Both the position numbers and the translations under genes were made by a program. Positions 56,625 to 64,000 of a stretch of DNA of 64,000 nt are shown in pieces (positions within the stretch are counted from its first letter, which is position 1; every line of letters begins with the position of its first letter). The notes beneath the pieces are model-generated. The model was not told where the DNA came from. It searched no databases and was given only the letters and a program-made list of their open reading frames with translations. This DNA is from Bacteroidales bacterium (lineage in GTDB: Bacteria; Bacteroidota; Bacteroidia; Bacteroidales; FEN-979), in NCBI GenBank assembly GCA_028706295.1, contig JAQWBQ010000011.1, positions 10,506 through 74,505 on the forward strand. The letters are read 5' to 3'.

Positions 56625-57302
56625 TCAACGGATGACGGTGATTTCCCGGTAGGTGTTTACCACTTCAACCTGAAAACCATCAATCAACGCTTTCACGCTT
56701 TGGAGTACCGTTTCCCATGTCCCGATTCCCCGGCATCCACCCAGATTCAGAATGACCCGGAAACCGGCCAGGGATAAGTCTTTACAGGTCTCTGCCACGC
56801 AGTAATTGGTGGCAAGCCCGCCCACGATCACCGTTGTGATCCCTTTTGAACGGTACCATTCAATCAGACCGGTCGAAATGGTCTTCCGATGGTCGTGATA
56901 GCATCCGGAATAGGGATGCATATCAGGTTCAAATCCTTTTACAACGATAAAATCGAATCCGGTTATCGGACCCATTCCGTCGATGAGTTCCACACCCGTG
57001 GTCCCGGAGATACAATGTGGATTCCAGCGAAGATCTACATTTTCACCCCGGATAGCGCTGAATTGAGGTTGCTCTTTGGTAGCGAGCCATACGGCATTGG
57101 GTGGATGAACCTCTTTCGACACTGTTCGGGAAGTAACAATTCCATTCTGACCGACCAGTTCCGGTACGATTTCGTCGCCTCCCGGAACCGGCAACTCCGT
57201 CGGACACATCGGGGTGAATCCCTTCTGTGGCTCTACACAATGAGATGCTGTTTCACGAAACCGTACCGTGATCTTTTCAATATTCGGGAGGACAATTTTC
57301 AT
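56625..57302 (-). CDS. pncA: Nicotinamidase / isochorismatase-family cysteine hydrolase
   Basis: 225-aa ORF. 'TVIVGGLATNYCV' holds the catalytic Cys context of PncA, and the gene is divergently paired with pncB. Confidence 0.75.
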   Translation of the reverse strand: MKIVLPNIEKITVRFRETASHCVEPQKGFTPMCPTELPVPGGDEIVPELVGQNGIVTSRTVSKEVHPPNAVWLATKEQPQFSAIRGENVDLRWNPHCISGTTGVELIDGMGPITGFDFIVVKGFEPDMHPYSGCYHDHRKTISTGLIEWYRSKGITTVIVGGLATNYCVAETCKDLSLAGFRVILNLGGCRGIGTWETVLQSVKALIDGFQVEVVNTYREITVIR

Positions 57303-57388
57303 CGGATCTTAATTGTATCTTTGTTATGGGACTGAGGTGAATTTTCAAATCTTCATATCGACAAAAATACTAAATAGACCTGTAACGA

Positions 57389-58597
57389 ATGACTGAGCCA
57401 TCTATCATCACTGATTTTGACGACCAGGACGCCTATAAATTTTTCATGCAATATGCCGTTCTGAAGCACTATCCGGAGGCAAAAGTAAGGTATGCTTTTA
57501 TTCTGAGAGATCCCGGGATCACCTTTCCGGAAGGTTTTGCCGGGAATCTGAAACGCCAGGTGGAACGCTTCAATGAAATCAGATTTACACCGGAGATCGA
57601 ACACTCCATGATGCTGAGAATTCCATGGTTCGACAAGGAATATTTCAATTATCTTAGAAATTACAGGTTCGATCCCGATGAGGTTAAGATCCATCAGGAC
57701 AAGGATCATCTGACTCTGGTCATCGAAGGCTATTGGCACAGTACGATTCTGTGGGAAGTTCCGCTATTGGCATGCATTTCGGAGCTATACTACACCATGC
57801 AACGGATTCCGGATGAAATTGAAGGGAATATTCACCGGTGGGATGAGAAATTCAAAAGGTTCGCAACGTTGGGGATCTCTGTAATCGAATTCGGGACCAG
57901 AAGGCGGAAATCAGGGAACGTTCAGCAGGAGGTGATCAGGCGGTTCCTGCAAACGGCTCCCGGAACCATCAAAGGAACCAGCAATGTTATGTTTGCCCGT
58001 CGGTTTAACATCCCTGCAAGCGGAACACAGGCCCATGAATGGTTTATGTTTCATGCCGCACAGTCAGGTCCTTTGCAGGCAAATCAAAGAGCACTCGGGA
58101 AATGGGTCGAAACCTACAAGGGGGCATTAGGCATTGCGCTGACAGACACCTTCACCACCGATGTTTTTTTCAGGGAATTTGATCTCCTGTTATCGAAGAT
58201 TTTCGACGGGATACGTCACGACTCCGGCGATCCTGTTAGATTCGCACAAAAAGCGATCGAACATTATCGTGATAAAAAGATTGTCCTTCCCAATGGGTGG
58301 ATTCCCAAAACGCTCGTCTTTTCCGACGGGATTGATGATCCCGGAAAGATCGAAGCCATTGAGAATGCGATCAGGAATAAAATCTTTTCGATATATGGAA
58401 TCGGTACCTGGCTTACCAACGATATCCGTTCAGCGGACGGCACCCGGGTGACCCCGCTGAATATGGTGATCAAGATGACCCATGCCAAACCCAATCCTTC
58501 CGGACCCTGGATCCCCTGTGTAAAGCTTACCGACTGTCCGGAAAAAATCACGGGTGATCCTGATAAAGTCGATGAATATATAGCGATTCTTAAATAA
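57389..58597 (+). CDS. pncB: Nicotinate phosphoribosyltransferase
   Basis: 402-aa ORF. The N-terminus 'DFDDQDAYKFFMQYAVLKHYPEAKVRYAFILRD' parallels E. coli PncB ('LLDTDAYKLHMQQAV...'). 'GTQAHEW' and 'FSDG' motifs are present. Confidence 0.88.
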   Translation: MTEPSIITDFDDQDAYKFFMQYAVLKHYPEAKVRYAFILRDPGITFPEGFAGNLKRQVERFNEIRFTPEIEHSMMLRIPWFDKEYFNYLRNYRFDPDEVKIHQDKDHLTLVIEGYWHSTILWEVPLLACISELYYTMQRIPDEIEGNIHRWDEKFKRFATLGISVIEFGTRRRKSGNVQQEVIRRFLQTAPGTIKGTSNVMFARRFNIPASGTQAHEWFMFHAAQSGPLQANQRALGKWVETYKGALGIALTDTFTTDVFFREFDLLLSKIFDGIRHDSGDPVRFAQKAIEHYRDKKIVLPNGWIPKTLVFSDGIDDPGKIEAIENAIRNKIFSIYGIGTWLTNDIRSADGTRVTPLNMVIKMTHAKPNPSGPWIPCVKLTDCPEKITGDPDKVDEYIAILK

Positions 58598-58606
58598 GGA
58601 GGTTTT

Positions 58607-59449
58607 ATGCAATGGAGAGGATTACGTCAAAGCAGTAATGTCGAAGACCGCCGGGGTCGCGGCCCCGCTAAAATTGCCCTTGGAGGCGGACTGGGAACCC
58701 TGGTAATTGTGCTAATTGTGTGGCTTCTTGGTGGCAATCCGGCTCAATTTCTTAATCTTACAGATAATCCCGAAGCGACCGGGACGTCAGCCGAATTACC
58801 TGCGAATGATACCCTGTCGCAATTTGTCTCGGTTGTACTTGCTGAAACGGAGGATGTATGGACCAAAATCTTTGAAACCACGGGAATGGATTACAGGCAG
58901 CCTAAACTGGTGCTATATAGCGATCAGATTCAATCAGCATGCGGATTCAGCAGTGCCGCTTCAGGGCCCTTTTACTGTCCGGGCGACGAAAAAGTTTACC
59001 TCGATCTGAGTTTTTTCAGGGAGATGCAAACACAAATAGGAGCTTCTGGCGATTTTGCCCTGGCCTATGTGGTTGCCCATGAAGTGGGTCATCATGTTCA
59101 AAAACTTACAGGACGACTCGATGAGGTTAACCGGTTAAGAGGTAAGACAACCGAAAAGGAATTCAATAAGATCATGGTCCGGCTTGAACTTCAGGCCGAT
59201 TATTATGCCGGAATCTGGGCTCATTACGCCGATAAATGGAAGCATATTGTCGAAACCGGTGATCTGGATGAGGCCATCCGGGCAGCAGGCGCCGTTGGCG
59301 ATGACCGGCTCCAAAAACAGTCGCAGGGATACATCGTTCCGGATTCCTTTACCCATGGAACCTCTGAACAACGAATGAACTGGTTTATGAAAGGATACCA
59401 GTCGGGAAATCCATCGGTTGCTGATCCTTTCAAAGATAATTCCCTGTAA
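58607..59449 (+). CDS. ypfJ: YpfJ-family neutral zinc metallopeptidase
   Basis: 280-aa ORF. 'MQWRG.RQS.NVEDRRG', one TM segment, 'GPFYCP.D..VY.D..F' and 'AHEVGHHVQ' are the YpfJ family hallmarks. Confidence 0.85.
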   Translation: MQWRGLRQSSNVEDRRGRGPAKIALGGGLGTLVIVLIVWLLGGNPAQFLNLTDNPEATGTSAELPANDTLSQFVSVVLAETEDVWTKIFETTGMDYRQPKLVLYSDQIQSACGFSSAASGPFYCPGDEKVYLDLSFFREMQTQIGASGDFALAYVVAHEVGHHVQKLTGRLDEVNRLRGKTTEKEFNKIMVRLELQADYYAGIWAHYADKWKHIVETGDLDEAIRAAGAVGDDRLQKQSQGYIVPDSFTHGTSEQRMNWFMKGYQSGNPSVADPFKDNSL

Positions 59450-59718
59450 CAACCCTGAACTTCTTGTCTGTTCCTGATGATTGAGTAACGATTTTTTTCC
59501 GATCCGGGGAGTAATCTACTGCAGTCTTGTTTCAATCACCTGGAATATTTTTAATCCAAAGAATTAAATTAATGATTTTTATTATATTGATAAACAATAT
59601 AATACAATGATTTCTTTACAAATATATGATCCTGGCACAAAGATTGTTATTTTTTCCCTCCGGCGCCAAAAAAATCAGTTCAGTTCACAGGAATATTAAC
59701 CTTTTAATTTGACCCGCC

Positions 59719-60984
59719 ATGAAAAAGATAATTTTTGTTCTGGCTATTATGATGGTCACAACAACATATACCGAAGGTCACAATTTTTATAACAGGCATT
59801 TGACCATTTCATTTCAAACATTCTACGATCAGTTAACCCCTTATGGCGAATGGATCAGTACCTCAGAATACGGTTACGTATGGCGTCCGTACATCGATCC
59901 CACCGAAGGGTTTATGCCCTATTCTTCACGCGGCAACTGGGCATTCACCAACCTGGGCTGGACCTGGGTTTCAGATTACGACTGGGGCTGGGCAACCTTT
60001 CATTACGGAAGATGGTACTATGATGATTTTTTAGGATGGATGTGGATTCCGGGTTATGAATGGGCTCCTGCCTGGGTGACCTGGGGTTCGTATAACGACA
60101 ACTGGGGTTGGGCTCCCATGGGGCCTTTCATGCAGGTCGGATATACATTTGCATGGCATGCTCCTGCATTCTGGTGGACTTTCGTGCCACACCGTCATTT
60201 TTGCTCAGATTACTGGCACTCGTATGCTTACAACCAACCGATCCAGATTAACAATATTACGTATATCACCAATATTTATAACTATAATAGCACTCCCGAT
60301 AATCACAACAACTGGTTTTATGGTCCAAGGGTGAATGAAGTGGAAAAACATCTGAACAAACGAGTGGACCGCGTCCAGATTGTCGATGCCGATAATCCCC
60401 GCAACACAAGGGTTGGTAAAAACCGTATCGCTGTTTATCGTCCTGAAGTCCGTAATACACGCACCGATCAGCGTCCCGAAAAATTTCAGGTTGCGGAGAA
60501 TCTCAGATCAGAAGTCCGTGCCCGGAATACAGAATCGGTAAACCCGACCCAGGGAACCAGGAACCAGGGTAATCAGGGTGTCAGTAACAATTCCCGCACC
60601 AGGCAGGTTGAACCCGTTAATTCAGGATTACGTACCCGGAATGGGGAAACCCAAAGATCAGGATCAGTCAACGGAAATGATACCCGCCCATCAACCGTCG
60701 TTAATACTACCAGAACCAATCCCGCGAATATTGGCGTAAGGTACCAGGGTAAGTCTGAAAACCAGGGAAACGCTAACATTATCAGGCAATCCGGGCGTAA
60801 CGGGAATCCATCAGGCACGGTAATCCGCAATACAGGCGGATCTCAATCCGGGTCTATGAAAAAGACTCAGAACACCCCGGTGAGGCAATCGGCAGTAAAG
60901 TCTGATCCGGTTAAAGGAAACAGAAGCGGCGTGAAAGAGGTCAGAAGCGCACCGTCATCCACGCTGGCAACAAGAAGCAGATAG
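59719..60984 (+). CDS. Hypothetical secreted Trp-rich protein with a low-complexity N/R/T/S/G-rich C-terminal half
   Basis: 421-aa ORF with a signal peptide. It has W/Y-rich segments ('DYDWGWATFHYGRWYYD', 'GWMWIPGYEWAPAWVTWG') reminiscent of WxxGxW-type repeats. The C-terminal ~190 aa are compositionally biased. Confidence 0.6.
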   Translation: MKKIIFVLAIMMVTTTYTEGHNFYNRHLTISFQTFYDQLTPYGEWISTSEYGYVWRPYIDPTEGFMPYSSRGNWAFTNLGWTWVSDYDWGWATFHYGRWYYDDFLGWMWIPGYEWAPAWVTWGSYNDNWGWAPMGPFMQVGYTFAWHAPAFWWTFVPHRHFCSDYWHSYAYNQPIQINNITYITNIYNYNSTPDNHNNWFYGPRVNEVEKHLNKRVDRVQIVDADNPRNTRVGKNRIAVYRPEVRNTRTDQRPEKFQVAENLRSEVRARNTESVNPTQGTRNQGNQGVSNNSRTRQVEPVNSGLRTRNGETQRSGSVNGNDTRPSTVVNTTRTNPANIGVRYQGKSENQGNANIIRQSGRNGNPSGTVIRNTGGSQSGSMKKTQNTPVRQSAVKSDPVKGNRSGVKEVRSAPSSTLATRSR

Positions 60985-61057
60985 CTCCTGATTACAGGGC
61001 CGGCGCTTTTATCCACCGCCCTGCAATCAGACAATTGGTTAAATTTGGTTAATCGAT

Positions 61058-61091
61058 GGGAGTGGCCAAAAGGTCACTTCCATTTTTTATT
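61058..61091 (+). terminator. Rho-independent terminator candidate
   Basis: GGGAGTGGCC-AAAA-GGTCACTTCC forms a 10-bp stem including two G-U pairs. It is followed by ATTTTTTATT and lies about 75 nt after the stop of 59719..60984. Confidence 0.55.
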
Positions 61092-61202
61092 GAAAGTCGG
61101 ATTTTCAATGACACATTAAAAACCGGCTGTCCGGTGGTACTGCCTGTCAGGCGAATTTACTGTAACTTCGCAGGCTGTTATCTTCTGTTTAAAAAATTTT
61201 AG

Positions 61203-62282
61203 ATGAAAGACCATTTAAGAAAATTTGATTTTGACGACCTTTTAATCACACCTGCTGTGATCAGCAAGGTTACTTCACGGAAAACCGTGAATTTCTTCGA
61301 TGAAAATGGTATGCTTCCCCTGTTTACGGCGCCCATGGATACAGTGGTGGACATAAGGTACCGGAACATTTTTTCTGAAAATCTGATTTATCCGATTATT
61401 CCCCGGACGCAGACGCGATTTTTTACAGAAGAAGATTATCTGAATGTCAATGATTGGATTGCACTCAGCCTTGATCAGTTTGAGCGGTTGCTCGTATCAG
61501 CCGGACCAGGGTTGACAGATCATCCGCTGAGAATTCTGATTGATATTGCCAATGGCCATATGCAGCGGTTATTGGATGTCATAATGCGGGCAAAGAGTGG
61601 TGGTAACAACCGTTGGTCATTAATGGTCGGGAATGTCGCCAATCCACAGACATTTTTTGAGCTTTCTAAAGCCGGGGCTGATTTTGTGCGTGTGGGTGTA
61701 GGCAATGGCGCCGGGTGCAGTACTTCGGTTCATACCGGGATCGGGTATCCGCTGGCCTCCCTGATTCATGATATTCAGGCCGTAAAATTGAACCACCCGG
61801 GTCCATGGGCAAAGGTTGTGGCTGATGGTGGAATCAGGAAGTACGCTGACATTATTAAAGCCCTTGTTTTGGGAGCCGATTATGTGATGTGCGGGGGACT
61901 TTTTAATAAAGCGCTTGAATCGGCCGGTAACACCTATGCTGCCAATAAAAAGTTCGAAGGATACACCATTCCGGGTGATCAGGTGGATCAATACAGCGAA
62001 GAGGTAAAAGCTGCTTTTAAGATGGGATCATTGTTCTATAAAAAGTTCCGGGGCATGAGTACCCGTGAAGTACAGCAACACCTGGGCAATGAACCACGGT
62101 CGTCGGAAGGGGTTACCCGTATGATCCAGGTTGAATATACCATTGCCGGATGGGTTGATAATTTTAAGGATTATATTTCATCGGCCATGTCGTACACCGG
62201 AAGTTTCGATCTGAAGGAATTCATCGGAAAGCCTGACTGGAATCTCATCAGTCAGAACAGTCTTAACCGCTTTAATAAATAG
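61203..62282 (+). CDS. IMP dehydrogenase / GMP reductase family protein (GuaC-like)
   Basis: 359-aa ORF. 'IDIANGH', 'GVGNGAGCSTSV.TGIGYP' (catalytic Cys loop) and 'ADGGIR...ALVLGADYVM.GG' parallel E. coli GuaC. Confidence 0.75.
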   Translation: MKDHLRKFDFDDLLITPAVISKVTSRKTVNFFDENGMLPLFTAPMDTVVDIRYRNIFSENLIYPIIPRTQTRFFTEEDYLNVNDWIALSLDQFERLLVSAGPGLTDHPLRILIDIANGHMQRLLDVIMRAKSGGNNRWSLMVGNVANPQTFFELSKAGADFVRVGVGNGAGCSTSVHTGIGYPLASLIHDIQAVKLNHPGPWAKVVADGGIRKYADIIKALVLGADYVMCGGLFNKALESAGNTYAANKKFEGYTIPGDQVDQYSEEVKAAFKMGSLFYKKFRGMSTREVQQHLGNEPRSSEGVTRMIQVEYTIAGWVDNFKDYISSAMSYTGSFDLKEFIGKPDWNLISQNSLNRFNK

Positions 62283-62376
62283 ACCGGGTTCTCCGGAGGT
62301 TTAGGATATCCGGGACCCTTCCCCGTTTATAATGTCTGTTTCGTTATCCGGATTTTTCCGGGGATCATCCATTGGG

Positions 62377-63654
62377 TTAATTTAAGAGATCTTTGAGCTG
62401 GTGCAGGTCGGTTTTAAGGGGAATGATCTGTTCGGGTTCAAGGTAGCATAACCTCCGGCCTTTTTTAAAGAGAGATTCTCCGCCTCCGGTTATATTCAGC
62501 ATGATGATGTCATCGGAAGGGATCATTTTGTTTTGTGCAAGCGTAATCAGGGAGGCTGTTGCAACAGCTGCTGCCGGGTGTATATCAATTCCCTCGGTAT
62601 GCTCAAACAATCTGGAAGCAGCGACAGCCTCTTCGTTGGTGACCTTACAAAATGTACCCTTACAGCAGGAAAGGGCGTCATACAAACCGCCCGGAATGGA
62701 ATAAGGGGGATTACGGTTTGACAGCACTTTTGCGATGATTTCTTTTATCTGGGTCCGGGCTTTATGTTCATCGACAGAAAGCAACGCCCGGGTGTTTTTC
62801 ATCCATGCATCATACATAGGCAGGAAGGGTGCATTTTGGGAAAGGACCAGTTTCATGGTATGCGTTCCGAAACGACCATCCCGGATCAGGCGAAGGTTTG
62901 CCTCATGGGCGGCGATGGCGCCGGTACCACTCCCTACGGCCTGAAAGTAATAATCGGGTATCCGTCCGATAAAGGTGGCTGCTGAAAGCACGGTAGTAGC
63001 CATCCCATCACGCCGTGCGACATTTTTCGCTCCCCCTTCCGGTATGAAGCCGGGCAGATTACACACCTTGTTGGATAACTGTATGGCGTCGAAATAGTCG
63101 CTTTCAATTGGGGTACACAAGAGCCGGACACAAGGGTCAAGTGGCTGGTCGAACCAGAGGGCGTCGGTTGCATTTGCCGGGACACAAAGCAGCAAGGGAA
63201 TTTTATTATCCGAACAGACCTGTGCAAAGGCACGTGCCGTATTTCCGGCCGATGCCACAACCAGCGTCTGTTCCGTACCGGGTGCAAGTCGTGCACAAAC
63301 CGAATAGGCCTCTGTTTCTTTGAAGGAGCAGGTTCGCATGCCGGCGCCTTTTTCCGGCCAGAAGCCGCTGAAAGTAATGTAAAGATTATTAAGACCCAGG
63401 ACGGCTGCAAGGCCTGCACTTTTATAGGTTACGGGGGCTGATGAGCCCTGAAGAATTCTTTGAATGGGCAACCAGTCAGAAAACCGATACAGCCCCAGGG
63501 ATTCGGGACCGGTGGTCAATTGTTTTTTTTCGTATTCCGTTTTCAGCAATCCGGCAGGTTCTCCGGGAGCATCGAGCATCCAACCGGTATCGGTGAAAGT
63601 CATACCGGTAACAGCCGATCTGAGTTGGTAAGAGGTAGGAATTTCAGCATCCAT
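62377..63654 (-). CDS. Threonine-synthase-like PLP enzyme, possibly cysteate synthase
   Basis: 425-aa ORF. 'CSFKETEAY' is a PLP-lysine context like the TS 'SFKD' motif, and 'VVASAGNTA' and 'AVGSGTGAIA' are also present. The size and N-terminal 'LYRFSDWLP' recall cysteate-synthase-type sequences. The subfamily call is tentative. Confidence 0.55.
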   Translation of the reverse strand: MDAEIPTSYQLRSAVTGMTFTDTGWMLDAPGEPAGLLKTEYEKKQLTTGPESLGLYRFSDWLPIQRILQGSSAPVTYKSAGLAAVLGLNNLYITFSGFWPEKGAGMRTCSFKETEAYSVCARLAPGTEQTLVVASAGNTARAFAQVCSDNKIPLLLCVPANATDALWFDQPLDPCVRLLCTPIESDYFDAIQLSNKVCNLPGFIPEGGAKNVARRDGMATTVLSAATFIGRIPDYYFQAVGSGTGAIAAHEANLRLIRDGRFGTHTMKLVLSQNAPFLPMYDAWMKNTRALLSVDEHKARTQIKEIIAKVLSNRNPPYSIPGGLYDALSCCKGTFCKVTNEEAVAASRLFEHTEGIDIHPAAAVATASLITLAQNKMIPSDDIIMLNITGGGESLFKKGRRLCYLEPEQIIPLKTDLHQLKDLLN

Positions 63655-63714
63655 TGAGAAAAAATATGTTGTGATGAGAATATTTGTGAATTTCCGATTA
63701 TCGCCCCCAAACCT

Positions 63715-63999
63715 TTACCTTCTTCTGGATCGTGTTGATCCAAAGATGCCGCCCAGGATGCCTCTGACGAGTTGTCGTCCGATCTCTGCCGAGAGCGTCC
63801 GGGTCACGGTGCGGCCTGCAGTTTGTGCAAAGTCAGCCAGGATCCCGGTCATCGGATTGACCGGTTCAGGTTTCCTATCGGCAGGAGGCGCTATCTGACG
63901 TGCCGATTCCTGTTCCTGCATTTTGCGTTGCAGCATTTCGAATGCAGAATCCCGGTCAATGATCTTTTCATAGGTACCAAAAACCAAATCGTTTCTAAG
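63715..63999 (-). CDS. HerA-like helicase / DUF853 (YjgR-like) ATP-binding protein, C-terminal fragment (5' end outside the window)
   Basis: The frame is open to the window edge. The C-terminal 'YEKIIDRDSAFEML......RQLVRGILGGIFG..R' resembles the conserved DUF853 tail. Confidence 0.5.
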   Translation of the reverse strand, partial: LRNDLVFGTYEKIIDRDSAFEMLQRKMQEQESARQIAPPADRKPEPVNPMTGILADFAQTAGRTVTRTLSAEIGRQLVRGILGGIFGSTRSRRR

Positions 64000-64000
64000 C

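Overview
This 64-kb window looks like a chromosomal segment from a Bacteroidota genome. That assignment is an inference from several T9SS C-terminal sorting domains, FISUMP-domain lipoproteins, a TonB-C protein, lipobox signal peptides and TAnnTTTG-type -7 boxes. About 45 protein genes are supported, mostly on the minus strand, and composition is visibly mosaic, alternating GC-rich and AT-rich blocks.

The clearest system is a complete type I-C CRISPR-Cas locus on the minus strand: cas3-cas5c-cas8c-cas7c-[RhuM-family gene]-cas4-cas1-cas2-leader-array. The array has 21 repeats of 33 nt and 20 unique spacers. The RhuM-family gene sits inside the operon and is not a normal I-C component.

Other observations worth a second look:
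- A 242-bp array of 22 phase-locked 11-bp units (25719-25960) lies upstream of a small basic protein gene and is unexplained by any ORF.
- An exact 32-40-nt element built from TCGTAAA heptads occurs at three distant intergenic sites.
- A single 789-aa ORF fuses an EanB-like rhodanese sulfurtransferase to an EgtD/EanA-like histidine methyltransferase, which would be a one-gene anaerobic ergothioneine pathway.
- Two radical-SAM genes lie in tandem.
- One protein combines a STAS domain with an APH/kinase-like domain.
- An 1101-aa tail-fibre-like protein carries a C-terminal S74 intramolecular-chaperone domain.
- A sialidase has its T9SS sorting tail out of frame.

Ordinary content includes pullulanase, an M1 aminopeptidase, two hybrid histidine kinases, pncA/pncB and ypfJ. 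No rRNA, tRNA or transposase genes were recognised. All calls come from reading the translations and sequence by eye; no searches were run.
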